From IMG/VR virus record IMGVR_UViG_2693429768_000005: DNA of 55,692 nucleotides. One strand, written 5' to 3'. How positions within the stretch are numbered: the first letter of the stretch is position 1; every line of letters starts with the position of its first letter. This document shows, one piece after another, positions 1 to 9,882 of this stretch. The notes beneath the pieces were generated by a model that saw only the letters and a list, made by a program, of their open reading frames with translations, was not told where the DNA came from and did no database searches. The position numbers were made by a program, and so were the translations under genes. The DNA is from a virus (taxonomy: Duplodnaviria; Heunggongvirae; Uroviricota; Caudoviricetes).

Positions 1-1446
1 ATGAGTATGTCATCCATACCGTCGTCCTCCCAATCCGGGAAGCTCTATGGCTGGGTCGAAAGAATTGGTAACAAGGTTCCCCATCCTTTTTTGCTCTTTA
101 TCTATTTGATAATCGTACTCATGGTGACGACGGCAATTTTGTCAGCCTTTGGCGTCAGTGCGAAAAACCCGACCGATGGTACGCCGGTGGTGGTGAAAAA
201 CCTGCTCAGTGTGGAAGGATTACACTGGTTTTTACCCAATGTGATTAAAAACTTTAGCGGTTTTGCTCCACTTGGAGCGATCCTGGCGCTGGTTTTAGGT
301 GCCGGTCTGGCGGAGCGCGTCGGCTTACTGCCAGCGCTAATGGTTAAAATGGCATCGCATGTTAATGCCCGCTACGCCAGTTATATGGTGCTGTTTATTG
401 CTTTTTTCAGCCACATTTCTTCCGATGCGGCGTTAGTGATCATGCCACCGATGGGTGCGCTGATTTTTCTGGCGGTGGGCAGGCATCCAGTTGCAGGTTT
501 ACTGGCTGCCATTGCAGGCGTAGGTTGCGGCTTTACGGCTAATTTACTGATTGTCACAACCGACGTGTTGCTGTCGGGGATCAGCACGGAAGCGGCGGCT
601 GCGTTCAATCCGCAAATGCACGTCAGTGTAATTGATAACTGGTATTTTATGGCCAGCTCCGTAGTCGTACTGACGATTGTTGGCGGCCTGATAACCGACA
701 AAATCATCGAGCCACGATTAGGTCAATGGCAGGGAAACAGCGATGAGAAACTGCAGACATTGACCGAAAGTCAGCGTTTTGGTTTACGCATAGCAGGTGT
801 CGTATCGCTACTTTTTATTGCTGCGATCGCGCTGATGGTGATCCCGGAAAACGGGATATTGCGCGATCCGATTAATCACACCGTGATGCCATCACCCTTT
901 ATTAAAGGTATCGTGCCACTGATCATTCTTTTTTTCTTTGTTGTCTCGCTGGCTTATGGCATCGCTACCCGCACAATTCGACGTCAGGCGGATTTACCGC
1001 ATTTAATGATTGAACCGATGAAAGAGATGGCGGGATTTATCGTGATGGTTTTTCCCCTCGCCCAATTTGTCGCCATGTTTAACTGGAGCAACATGGGGAA
1101 ATTCATCGCCGTGGGGCTGACCGATATACTGGAAAGTTCAGGGCTTAGCGGCATACCGGCGTTTGTCGGTCTGGCGTTGCTTTCCTCTTTCTTATGCATG
1201 TTTATTGCCAGCGGTTCCGCAATCTGGTCGATTCTGGCCCCCATTTTCGTACCAATGTTTATGCTACTTGGCTTTCACCCGGCATTTGCGCAAATCCTCT
1301 TTCGTATTGCCGACTCATCCGTATTGCCTTTAGCGCCGGTATCTCCTTTTGTCCCACTGTTTCTTGGATTCCTGCAACGCTACAAACCAGACGCGAAACT
1401 GGGTACTTACTATTCGTTAGTCTTGCCCTATCCGCTTATCTTTTGA
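1..1446 (+). CDS. abgT: AbgT-family p-aminobenzoyl-glutamate transporter (host gene; C-terminus ends at prophage junction)
   Basis: 481-aa multi-TM protein starting MSMSSIPSSSQSGKLYGWVERIGNKVPHP, recognised as AbgT/MtrF family from memory; ORF starts at window position 1 and stops 150 bp before the first phage gene. Confidence 0.85.
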   Translation: MSMSSIPSSSQSGKLYGWVERIGNKVPHPFLLFIYLIIVLMVTTAILSAFGVSAKNPTDGTPVVVKNLLSVEGLHWFLPNVIKNFSGFAPLGAILALVLGAGLAERVGLLPALMVKMASHVNARYASYMVLFIAFFSHISSDAALVIMPPMGALIFLAVGRHPVAGLLAAIAGVGCGFTANLLIVTTDVLLSGISTEAAAAFNPQMHVSVIDNWYFMASSVVVLTIVGGLITDKIIEPRLGQWQGNSDEKLQTLTESQRFGLRIAGVVSLLFIAAIALMVIPENGILRDPINHTVMPSPFIKGIVPLIILFFFVVSLAYGIATRTIRRQADLPHLMIEPMKEMAGFIVMVFPLAQFVAMFNWSNMGKFIAVGLTDILESSGLSGIPAFVGLALLSSFLCMFIASGSAIWSILAPIFVPMFMLLGFHPAFAQILFRIADSSVLPLAPVSPFVPLFLGFLQRYKPDAKLGTYYSLVLPYPLIF

Positions 1447-1543
1447 ATGGGTGGGCTGGCGAAAAACTAATTTGTATTCAACATTTTATGTTTTGTTTTG
1501 TTTTTGATTTATCAATTTGGTCACTATTTGGTACACAAAAAGA

Positions 1544-1567
1544 AACGAGGCGTTAGCCTCGTTTCGC
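1544..1567. terminator. bidirectional rho-independent terminator hairpin
   Basis: AAACGAGGC-gtta-GCCTCGTTT inverted repeat flanked by A/T runs, between convergent abgT and tail fibre gene. Confidence 0.5.
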
Positions 1568-1594
1568 GCGGCGATGTTCTGCGCACATCACCTC

Positions 1595-4264
1595 TTATTT
1601 TTCGCTTCCAGTCAACTTACTGACAAGCGCTTCAAGTTTTGCGATACGCTCATCCATTGCGGCAATGTTGGCGCGTAGGCTGGCGTTTTCTTCTTCCAGT
1701 TCGGTTACGCGGTTATCCGTTTCGCGTGCCACCTGGACAAGTAAACCAGTCACTGCGGCGTAGTCAACATTGAGGTAACGCGTTTCCTCGCGTAACTCGT
1801 TGCCGTCAGTGGTCGGGCCTTGTAACGCTTCACCGTAATGAGTAAACGATCCCACAGCTTCCGGCAGCGCCTCCATTACCTCCTGAGCGATAACGCCAGC
1901 GTAAGGCAGGCCGTTTTCCTTGAGGGTGTAGGTGTACCCGTTCATTTTACGGATGGCTTCAGTTGCATCACCTATAACCTGAATGTTGTCTTTTAAGTCC
2001 CTGTCTGATGATTGGGTAACTGAAGTGCATGTGATAGTGCCTTCAACCGCAAGCGAAGCAGAACCATCGGAAAGGTATTTAGCCACAAACAGCGTTTTTA
2101 ATGATGTTTGTGCGCCGTTTGTATCAACAGCTTTAACCTCATAATTCAGCGGGGATGATGAACCGCCCCATGTCATCACCTGTACGTTTGCCGAGGTTGT
2201 TGCGTAAGCAATATGCCTTATGAAACGTGTGTGCGTGCTATCAAAGATATAATGACCACTAAAATGATTGTCTGCTGTCCATACGTTTGCTGTATTAAGC
2301 GTTGCAAGTTGACACCAATCCTTGATCGTTCCATTTTCAATACTTCTTGCATAGAATGATGAGTTGCGCCCGGCGAACTGGGTAGCATAGTTACCGCTAA
2401 AGGTGACATGAAAACCACCCGCAACGCCAATACCCAAAGGACCATTGTCACTGCCTGCGATTGGCTTAAACTTCTCTACAGCATCCGTATGCTGATCGTT
2501 CCAGTTTTGCCCAGCATTTATGGCGTAACCTTTAGATGATCCTATCAGGCCATTTATGGTTAGTTTGGGCATCGTCATTGATATGTCTTCACCAACGGTA
2601 ATTCCGTTAAACAGACCTACGCGAGCACCACTACAAATATAATGGAGTCCTTCAGTTGTTGCAGAATAAAAACCACAACGCCCCATTCTGAAATCAAACA
2701 TAACCTGTAGGTTTTTATATGAACCTAAGGGGTCTGATACACCCCACGGTATGATCGTTTCTGTATCTTTACCACTATTATATACAACCTGGGCGGTTGG
2801 TACTTGTACTGTTACGCCCACAGGCAAGCGCATTTTAATAGGGAATGCCCTTGCTTCAACAAAAACAAAGAGCAGGTTATCTTTGTCTTTGCTGGAACTA
2901 CAGATAGAATGTAAAGCGATTTCTTTGTCGGTATAACGATTGTAAAAACCGTAACCTGCATCCTTTCTGTCACTCCACCCGCCAGTCCTTACATACCCGG
3001 AAAAGGTGTTACAGTTCATTGGGTAATTACCAGCGCCAGACACTGTAACAATATCGATCTGATAGCCAGTCAGGTAAGCGTTGTAATAATTGGCGTTTAT
3101 AATTATAGGGTAATACTTACCATCCTCAACGCCTTCCGGGGCTTCGATTGTTATCATCTCGCCACCGCCTATGGTTGGGATATTGATGTTTCTCCTTGTC
3201 TGTTCAGCGTTTTTAGGTTTGAAAGAGTCGGCTATAAATTCGCCGTTTATGTTGAGGCTTGCGTATTTGCTCACGCCGCCAGATCTTAAATGCATTGTTA
3301 ACTGGTCTGGCGAAGAAAGGTTTGTCTCAGGGTATAGTGCACCATAAATACGCTCCGATCCTGATGTACCAACCAAAACGCTGGAAAGAATACCTCCCGC
3401 AACCCATCCGGTAGTCACGTCAGTAGCTCTTTTTAGCGATACATTAGCAAACTGAGGACTATTTGAAGACCCAACGCCCAGGTTTGTTCTTGCTGTGTCT
3501 GCATCTCCTGCACCAGTGCCGCCAGCAGAAATTGAAAGCGGTAGATATTTACTAGCCTCTGAGTCGAAACAACCCCACGTTCCTGAATCATAGACGGTAA
3601 GGAATTTATTTGCGTTTTGAGAGCATACGCGTGTTTCTCCTGTTCTTTGAATAAGCCTGTTTACTTCATCCTTGCGTGCGTGACGTGTCCAGTTCGGTCC
3701 TGATGTTGCGACCCATGTGTAAGTATAAAGTGATCGCGTAGACCAACCGACAAAGACGCCTGCATACGAAGGCGATGTATCCTGCTGACAGATAAATCCA
3801 CTCAAAAATGATTCACCAGCCGCTACGGAAGGAAAACCCTTAGTCGTTTCCTTTATGCGCAAAAAGCCAACGTAAGAAGACGGATTGCCTGATATATCGA
3901 CGCAATCTCGCGGCTCTGGACCCAAGCCAATATTGCTGCCATCTATTGCGCTTGATATTTCATCTTCCTTTTCCTGATAAAAACGAAGCGTTTCTGCTAC
4001 ATCCTGGGCAAGTCCATCAACTGAGATCGAGTCAGAAAGCAGAATACTGAATTTTGTCCCGGCAGCGATGGCAGGATTAGCCGCTGGCGTCACTGATAAT
4101 TCAGTACCGCTCTTAATTTCTGTGATGGTAAAGATCTGGATAGGGTTGCTGATGGCAATAAGCGTGCAACCCACACGAATGAGAGAAAGCGGCTCGGAAA
4201 AGTTTGTTCCCGTGCCTGCAACGGTATTGCCATTGATGGCAATTGTTCCAGTTGTGTAAATCAT
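1595..4264 (-). CDS. tail fibre/tailspike with C-terminal peptidase S74 intramolecular chaperone domain
   Basis: 889-aa ORF; C-terminal ~130 aa (DRDLKDNIQVIGD...GYTYT...YAGVIAQEV...coiled coil) matches the self-cleaving chaperone domain of phage tail fibres/endosialidases (family recalled from memory). Confidence 0.75.
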   Translation of the reverse strand: MIYTTGTIAINGNTVAGTGTNFSEPLSLIRVGCTLIAISNPIQIFTITEIKSGTELSVTPAANPAIAAGTKFSILLSDSISVDGLAQDVAETLRFYQEKEDEISSAIDGSNIGLGPEPRDCVDISGNPSSYVGFLRIKETTKGFPSVAAGESFLSGFICQQDTSPSYAGVFVGWSTRSLYTYTWVATSGPNWTRHARKDEVNRLIQRTGETRVCSQNANKFLTVYDSGTWGCFDSEASKYLPLSISAGGTGAGDADTARTNLGVGSSNSPQFANVSLKRATDVTTGWVAGGILSSVLVGTSGSERIYGALYPETNLSSPDQLTMHLRSGGVSKYASLNINGEFIADSFKPKNAEQTRRNINIPTIGGGEMITIEAPEGVEDGKYYPIIINANYYNAYLTGYQIDIVTVSGAGNYPMNCNTFSGYVRTGGWSDRKDAGYGFYNRYTDKEIALHSICSSSKDKDNLLFVFVEARAFPIKMRLPVGVTVQVPTAQVVYNSGKDTETIIPWGVSDPLGSYKNLQVMFDFRMGRCGFYSATTEGLHYICSGARVGLFNGITVGEDISMTMPKLTINGLIGSSKGYAINAGQNWNDQHTDAVEKFKPIAGSDNGPLGIGVAGGFHVTFSGNYATQFAGRNSSFYARSIENGTIKDWCQLATLNTANVWTADNHFSGHYIFDSTHTRFIRHIAYATTSANVQVMTWGGSSSPLNYEVKAVDTNGAQTSLKTLFVAKYLSDGSASLAVEGTITCTSVTQSSDRDLKDNIQVIGDATEAIRKMNGYTYTLKENGLPYAGVIAQEVMEALPEAVGSFTHYGEALQGPTTDGNELREETRYLNVDYAAVTGLLVQVARETDNRVTELEEENASLRANIAAMDERIAKLEALVSKLTGSEK

Positions 4265-4423
4265 CGCAATGACTCCATTATGTTAATTAACGGAATAATT
4301 CTACCATTTTGTGATCTTTGTTGCATTTTCTGCTTACACAAAATGTATTTGTTGATTTATGTCAATGTTGCGTAAATGCGGTTTATGGATACTACAAACA
4401 ACGAAACAACGGAGGGTAAGACA

Positions 4424-4663
4424 ATGAAAGGCTTTAAAAATATAGCTATCGCTGCAATGGTTGCTGGTCTGGTTGGTTGTGCTGATATGCCGAAACGTGA
4501 ATGCACGGCAACTTATCAAACTGGCGGTAATGAGTATGCGGTTGCAGTCTTCGGTGTCGCGGATGTTGGCGGTCATAAAATGGTTAAGGCCGGGTATCCG
4601 TTTAACTTCCAATGGGTAAGCGTTGACAACTTCAATAAAACGGATTGCCCGGAACTAAATTAA
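4424..4663 (+). CDS. small lipoprotein, candidate Cor/Llp-like superinfection-exclusion protein
   Basis: 79 aa from internal ATG after GGAGGG; signal peptide with lipobox LVGC; divergent from adjacent receptor-binding genes. Confidence 0.55.
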   Translation: MKGFKNIAIAAMVAGLVGCADMPKRECTATYQTGGNEYAVAVFGVADVGGHKMVKAGYPFNFQWVSVDNFNKTDCPELN

Positions 4664-5292
4664 TCATAGGCATCGGTTTTGATGGCGGTTATGGCGTTAC
4701 CGTGGTTTATATAGCCAGTAGGATTATATACGCCACCAGCCGTAACGCCATAGATTCTTGTTTTGCTGCCGTTATAGTATGCGGCAGCATAAATAGACGC
4801 TGAACCTTGCCCAACAACCGCGCCCAACAATTGCGGGCAAATTGCGTATGATCCTGAAAGTGTCTGATCTATATTTATACCCCCACTATTACCTGGTGAA
4901 CCGACTGTAACAATGTCCGTTAATATTCTTGATTCATTAGTTAGCACCAGTTCCCCCGAAGCGTTCCAGATAGCCATGCCCCACTTAGGGAGCGAAGGTG
5001 GGAAAATAGAAAACACATATACAGTAGCAGTATAGGTATTCTTAGTGTCCCTACCAAAAGCGCAAAGTATCTGCCCAGAGTTGGCCCTGCTAACGCTTGC
5101 TGTGACACCGCCTATACTTGTTTTTACGAATACCATTACAGGCTTGTTTGTTGGGACTGCAATGTATCTTGATGTGTTTTGCGTTGGTGGGCAAGAAATA
5201 TCTTGCCTTGTGTATAGACATATGGGCGTCGCTTCCGGTGTAACGAAAATATTCCCGTTACTTAATCTTAAATAAGCTCCGAATGTTGCCAT
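4660..5292 (-). CDS. phage distal-tail protein of unknown function (MATFG paralogue, 210 aa)
   Basis: ORF directly downstream of J; shares N-terminus MATFG with the adjacent ORF. Confidence 0.4.
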   Translation of the reverse strand: MATFGAYLRLSNGNIFVTPEATPICLYTRQDISCPPTQNTSRYIAVPTNKPVMVFVKTSIGGVTASVSRANSGQILCAFGRDTKNTYTATVYVFSIFPPSLPKWGMAIWNASGELVLTNESRILTDIVTVGSPGNSGGINIDQTLSGSYAICPQLLGAVVGQGSASIYAAAYYNGSKTRIYGVTAGGVYNPTGYINHGNAITAIKTDAYD

Positions 5293-5603
5293 TAAGCCGC
5301 CTCCGCAAATATAACAATTTCACACTGTGATGCGGGCCATATATTGGCTCCTACTGTATTACCTGCCGATGAAATTGATACGGTTCCGCCAGAAATTGTA
5401 ATCCTTCTACGCGTCGTTGATAACGTACCATGATCAAGCGTCATGCCGTATGATAATTTGCATCCGGTAGGAACGGTAAAGCTATATGTGCCTGATACTT
5501 GTCCTGAGGATAGCGAAATATAACCAACAACTACTGAAGGTTTGATTCCGTAGTTATTTGGATTTCCGTTGGCATCCCAGGTGGCTATGCCGAAAGTAGC
5601 CAT
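5292..5603 (-). CDS. phage distal-tail protein of unknown function (MATFG paralogue, 103 aa)
   Basis: ORF coupled to the 210-aa paralogue (stop/start overlap), same N-terminal motif. Confidence 0.4.
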   Translation of the reverse strand: MATFGIATWDANGNPNNYGIKPSVVVGYISLSSGQVSGTYSFTVPTGCKLSYGMTLDHGTLSTTRRRITISGGTVSISSAGNTVGANIWPASQCEIVIFAEAA

Positions 5604-5628
5604 AATTGCACCTCCTTAATAAAACTGA

Positions 5629-5650
5629 GGCCGAACAAATTCGGCCCCTT
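5629..5650 (-). terminator. rho-independent terminator downstream of J
   Basis: GGCCGAA-caaa-TTCGGCC hairpin followed on the minus strand by a T-rich tract. Confidence 0.5.
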
Positions 5651-5654
5651 AATT

Positions 5655-8600
5655 TTACCATGATCCGGTAATTCGTCCAATTTGGACGCGCAACCTACCG
5701 TTTCCATCCCTAACGGAAATGGTTGTATTTGTTAGTTTCATCGCGCCCTCACCACTTACAGAACCGTAGTTTTCAAATGTGCCTGATTTATCCAGCTTCC
5801 AGCCTGTGCTATTGGAAACATAGTTGTTTGATTGAATGTATGAACCAATTTTTGCATTAGTGATTGACGCGTCTTTAATAAACGCCTCGCGCACATACAT
5901 TGCACCGTTAGACACATAGAAAGGCGTTGTATATGTGCCGTTTGCTGCGGTCATCAATACGAAGCGGTCAACGAGGAAAATACACTGCGATTGAACGTTA
6001 GTACCGCTGCCAGTTAAACCAAGTGACATACCTGTTGCGTATTTCATGCCGTTGTTGTCGGTTGCCAGCTTGATGGAGTACGTCGCATCAACATTACCTT
6101 TGAAGTCGGTTAACGCTTTTGACGTCGTTTCTATTGCCGTTGTGTTCCCGTTAACGGTCACTGTTAGCTGATCGATTTTGCTTGATAATGCCTCGTCAGC
6201 CGTAGCCATTGCCTGCGACCATTCTGTAATGTTTGAGTTTACAGAATCGAAAGACGCTGAGATCTGGCCAAATTTTTCCGCGCTTGACGCTTCATGCGTA
6301 GAAAGCGCCGTTGATACTTCAGACACCTTAGAGTTAATCGTACTGGTAAGCGATGAGTTAAGACTACTTATCGCGTCAGTGCGTGCCTTCGTTTCGTCTG
6401 CAATGGCCTTGTCGATACGGGTCACGTTGCTTGTAACCTTGCCATCAAGGGTTGAAATTGACGCATTTACGCCACTGATAGCTTGAGCGCGGGCGCTTGA
6501 CTCGTCAGCAATAGCCTGGTCCAAGCGTTTGACGCTGGCGTTTGTGTTACTTTCGAGCGTTGTTAAATCAGCTTTGACCTCTGTTATTGCGTCGCTTCTT
6601 GCCTGCGTTTCGTCAGATATTGCCTTATCAAGTCTGCTAACGCTGGCGTCTGTTTTGCTTTCAAGATTGCTTATCGAGGCATTCACGCCGCTGATAGCCT
6701 GAGCGCGGGCGCTCGTTTCGTCGGCGATAGCTTGATCAAGGCGGTTAACGCTGGCGTCGGTTTTCTTGTCGAGATCGCTTATTGATGCGTTCACGTTGTT
6801 AATTGCTTCAGCGCGGGCACTTGTTTCGTCTGCTACTGCGCGTTCCACGCTGGAAATCTGACCTTTAAGGTTGGAATCCATCGTGTTCATTTCTGCCGTG
6901 ATGGTTTTCAGCGATTCAGCCGTGGCCTTTTTCTCTTCAGCAATAACGTTGTCAATGCGGTCAATTTGCGCGTTTGTTTCTGATTGCCCTTTCTTGTATT
7001 GTGCAGTGAGCGTAACCCGCGTGTTGGTCTGCGCGAGCGAGTTATTAATCAGCGCCAAAGATGCGTTTTGCAGGCTTGCTTTTGCTTGCGCCAGTTCGCT
7101 GTCGATTCTTTCGCTGGATACCTCTAGCGAGTCAATTCTTACCTCATGTTGTCCAATACCATCGGTGTTTTCCCCAACCTTTTTATAAAGATCTTCCGTT
7201 TCTTTTTTCAGTGTGTCCGTATCAGCTTTTATGGCCCCCGTTTCTGTGATTAGGCCGTCCGTGTCAGTCCTCAAATCTTCAGTGATGTTTGTCAGGTTAT
7301 CGGTTGCAGTTTTGAGGCTGTCAGTAGCGTTTTTAAGGTCATTTGTAGCGCTTTCGATAAGGTCTGCACGGTCGCCTAGATCTTTAATGTCGCCAATCAT
7401 CCCTTTAAACTGTTCTGAATTAATCACGTCTTTTGTGACGTAGTCGCTGATTTCATCGAAGTTTTCAGTCGGTTTGCCGGATGCTTCAACGAAGTCTGAC
7501 ACACCAAAGGCATTACGCGTGCGCACATAAACGTAATAGGTGTGGCCCGTATTCATGCCGCCGAAAGTCCATTGGTAGCCGCGCCCGGTGAACTGTGCCA
7601 GCGTGGTTACTTTTGATGGGTCCGTGATCTGGTTTTCACCTGAGAAGTAGAACTCATATGCCGTATCAGTGGTCAGGGTTGTTTTGCTGATCGGGTACAC
7701 TGTTGCCTGGAAAACACCTGGAACCCAATTAACTCCAATCGGGGCCGCTGGCGCACCAATAACCAGGTCCACAATACTTTCCGCACCCTTCATGCCAGTG
7801 TCATTACGACCGCGAATACCAAGCGTGTAGCTGCCAGCATCAAGGCCATAAAAATCATAGCGGTAATTCGTTGTTTCATAAGCTGCCACCACGCGGCCTT
7901 CTGCGTTATATGCGCGGATCTCAAAGGTCAGGCGATGCGTTGTCGTCTGTGTTTCCCATGTAGCTCGACATTGAACAGTTTCAGAACCAACATTTAACAC
8001 CTTCAGGTTTTCAATGTTCGGCACGCGGAAGTGATTAAGCGTGTCGTTGTTTACCTCAAAGATTGCGCCTTCATCAACTACAGCCTGTTTGTGAGGATCA
8101 TGCTGTGCCGCCTCGATGGTGTACACGCTGTTATTTTCGGTTTCCGCTACGCTGGTGATTCGACACAGGACAGGTTTCGCGGATTCAGTTGATACGGCGA
8201 ATACGGTCCCGTTACGAATCCATGCGGGCGCCGCCGCAAGGGTAATATTGTTTCCGTCAACTCCAGTGATCTGATGTTTTTTAAACTTGCCGTCGCTGTC
8301 CAGTAAGCTGATAGTGTCACCAGCCGCCACCAGGTCAGAATCAACCTTGTCTACAGTTATCACTTTCCCGTTATTCGCCACGATGCGACCGCCCAAACGA
8401 GCGCCAGCGCGGTTATTGTCGAGTATCTCGATAATATCCCCGGGTGTGAAGTGAATTGCGTCACGGGCCATTTTAAACGTGAATTTTGAGGGTTCGCGTT
8501 TTGCTGTTTCTATCAGCCATTTGCCAGCGCGGTACGCCTGCCCGCGTGACGTGCAACCAAAAGCCTCTAACGTGGTTTCGTTGTAACCATCGCGGGCGAT

Positions 8601-9869
8601 CAGTTCGTCATCTGCCACGTATTCTTTTGATTGTTCCCAACCGTTTTCCGGGTCAGTCCATGACACGATCACGGCGTTGTAAGATTCTGCGCGGGCGATA
8701 CTTGAGCGAGTGAACGCGCCATCAACGACGTTAGCATTCGTTATGGTAGCAATTGGATCCTGCGGCGCATCAATCATCACAGTAAGGCGCTGCCCGTCCC
8801 ATAACGCGATACCACGGAACATGCCTGCAATGTTGTCCAGCAAGTCGCGGGCGCTCATTTGCTCCGTGATGTAAGCGTTAAGCGTCATGCGTGGTTCAAG
8901 GCCACCGTAACCGTCGTTCACCAACTGGTCGCAGTATTGAGAAAGCGTATACAGTGCGCCATCATCAACGTCGATGTAACCAGCGTGGCGGGCAAGCCCG
9001 AAGCGTTCATTTTTCACCAGATACCGGAAAAGCCATGCAGGGTTATTGGTGTATGCCTTTTTAAAGCCACCAAGCCATAAGCCTGAGTATGTGCGCGTTT
9101 CCGGGTCGTAGTTATCAGGCACATCAACAATCAGACCACGCATGTGATAGGTGCGTGTCGGCGTGTCAGTATACTGATCGTGGTCAATTACCGCGCCAGC
9201 GACAGCGGTATGAGGATAAGACAAGTTATCGTCGATTATCTCGCTGTAACTGCTCCACCTGGTGTCATTGCGAAGTAGATCGCTTTTGCTGTCTGGCGTT
9301 ACGCGACGAACGCGAATATCAAACGGTTTTTCATCCGGTGCCTGGATGATATGCGCTTCCATGTACTCGCCGCTTTGCTTACCTGGGCCAATGTGAATAT
9401 CCTTAACCAGTGACCAAGATGTTGATGATGAAGGCTTAACGTCAACCATCAACGTGACTGATGTATTGTATTGATTGCCCTTATCATCTGACTGAACCAG
9501 AGAATCAACGCCAAGATTCAGCCTTACGCGGTTAACGTTTGGATCTGAAACAGTCCTGATTATCGGCGTATCGTGAGTTACTTTTGCGTTTACAATAACG
9601 GTTGATTCAATGGCGTTGAAGCCGTTGATTGGTGACTGGTCAGCCGTACCATTACGCCACGCCACGCTAACGCCTGAGACTGATGTACCGCCGTTGGCGT
9701 CAGTGATTGGGCTGTCATTAAGCATTACGCTGTTTAATGGCGCTTTCTGGTTTACAGGTCCGTAGATTGGGCCTTCGCTGAGAATATCCAAAACACGATA
9801 AAACTGTTTATGAAACAGGTTATCGTTTAATAATGTTGGTGTTTTGGCTTTGCCGCCGCCGCTACTCAT
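5655..9869 (-). CDS. J: central tail fibre / host-specificity protein (lambda gpJ-like) with C-terminal coiled-coil repeat region
   Basis: 1404 aa; N-terminal two thirds align by eye to lambda J (TP..NL...EGPIxGPV...RMTPDS...FGCTSRGQA.RAGKWLI); C-terminal third diverges. Confidence 0.9.
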   Translation of the reverse strand: MSSGGGKAKTPTLLNDNLFHKQFYRVLDILSEGPIYGPVNQKAPLNSVMLNDSPITDANGGTSVSGVSVAWRNGTADQSPINGFNAIESTVIVNAKVTHDTPIIRTVSDPNVNRVRLNLGVDSLVQSDDKGNQYNTSVTLMVDVKPSSSTSWSLVKDIHIGPGKQSGEYMEAHIIQAPDEKPFDIRVRRVTPDSKSDLLRNDTRWSSYSEIIDDNLSYPHTAVAGAVIDHDQYTDTPTRTYHMRGLIVDVPDNYDPETRTYSGLWLGGFKKAYTNNPAWLFRYLVKNERFGLARHAGYIDVDDGALYTLSQYCDQLVNDGYGGLEPRMTLNAYITEQMSARDLLDNIAGMFRGIALWDGQRLTVMIDAPQDPIATITNANVVDGAFTRSSIARAESYNAVIVSWTDPENGWEQSKEYVADDELIARDGYNETTLEAFGCTSRGQAYRAGKWLIETAKREPSKFTFKMARDAIHFTPGDIIEILDNNRAGARLGGRIVANNGKVITVDKVDSDLVAAGDTISLLDSDGKFKKHQITGVDGNNITLAAAPAWIRNGTVFAVSTESAKPVLCRITSVAETENNSVYTIEAAQHDPHKQAVVDEGAIFEVNNDTLNHFRVPNIENLKVLNVGSETVQCRATWETQTTTHRLTFEIRAYNAEGRVVAAYETTNYRYDFYGLDAGSYTLGIRGRNDTGMKGAESIVDLVIGAPAAPIGVNWVPGVFQATVYPISKTTLTTDTAYEFYFSGENQITDPSKVTTLAQFTGRGYQWTFGGMNTGHTYYVYVRTRNAFGVSDFVEASGKPTENFDEISDYVTKDVINSEQFKGMIGDIKDLGDRADLIESATNDLKNATDSLKTATDNLTNITEDLRTDTDGLITETGAIKADTDTLKKETEDLYKKVGENTDGIGQHEVRIDSLEVSSERIDSELAQAKASLQNASLALINNSLAQTNTRVTLTAQYKKGQSETNAQIDRIDNVIAEEKKATAESLKTITAEMNTMDSNLKGQISSVERAVADETSARAEAINNVNASISDLDKKTDASVNRLDQAIADETSARAQAISGVNASISNLESKTDASVSRLDKAISDETQARSDAITEVKADLTTLESNTNASVKRLDQAIADESSARAQAISGVNASISTLDGKVTSNVTRIDKAIADETKARTDAISSLNSSLTSTINSKVSEVSTALSTHEASSAEKFGQISASFDSVNSNITEWSQAMATADEALSSKIDQLTVTVNGNTTAIETTSKALTDFKGNVDATYSIKLATDNNGMKYATGMSLGLTGSGTNVQSQCIFLVDRFVLMTAANGTYTTPFYVSNGAMYVREAFIKDASITNAKIGSYIQSNNYVSNSTGWKLDKSGTFENYGSVSGEGAMKLTNTTISVRDGNGRLRVQIGRITGSW
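6360..6900 (-). repeat. in-frame tandem ~105-bp repeats inside J encoding reiterated coiled-coil units
   Basis: protein repeats of the type DASVxRLDQAIADETSARAQAISGVNASIS.L..KT at least five times; DNA repeats visible (gcgcgggcgct...gcgatagc..g.tc.a.gcg.tt.acgctggcg). Confidence 0.6.
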
Positions 9870-9882
9870 GGTTTTTCTCCTG

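Noticed and set aside
1447-1594. attL core or tRNA fragment at the left prophage junction
   Set aside because: No tRNA 3'-end-like sequence recognisable, and the matching right-end copy lies outside the window, so the core cannot be defined.
6360-6900. Possible CRISPR array suggested by periodic DNA repeats
   Set aside because: Repeats are in-frame coding repeats of the J coiled-coil region, about 105 bp with degenerate copies and no spacer/repeat structure.
6178-7443. Plus-strand ORFs (62-105 aa) inside the J gene
   Set aside because: Antisense ORFs within a well-supported 1404-aa gene; low-complexity translations from the repeat region; no SD.
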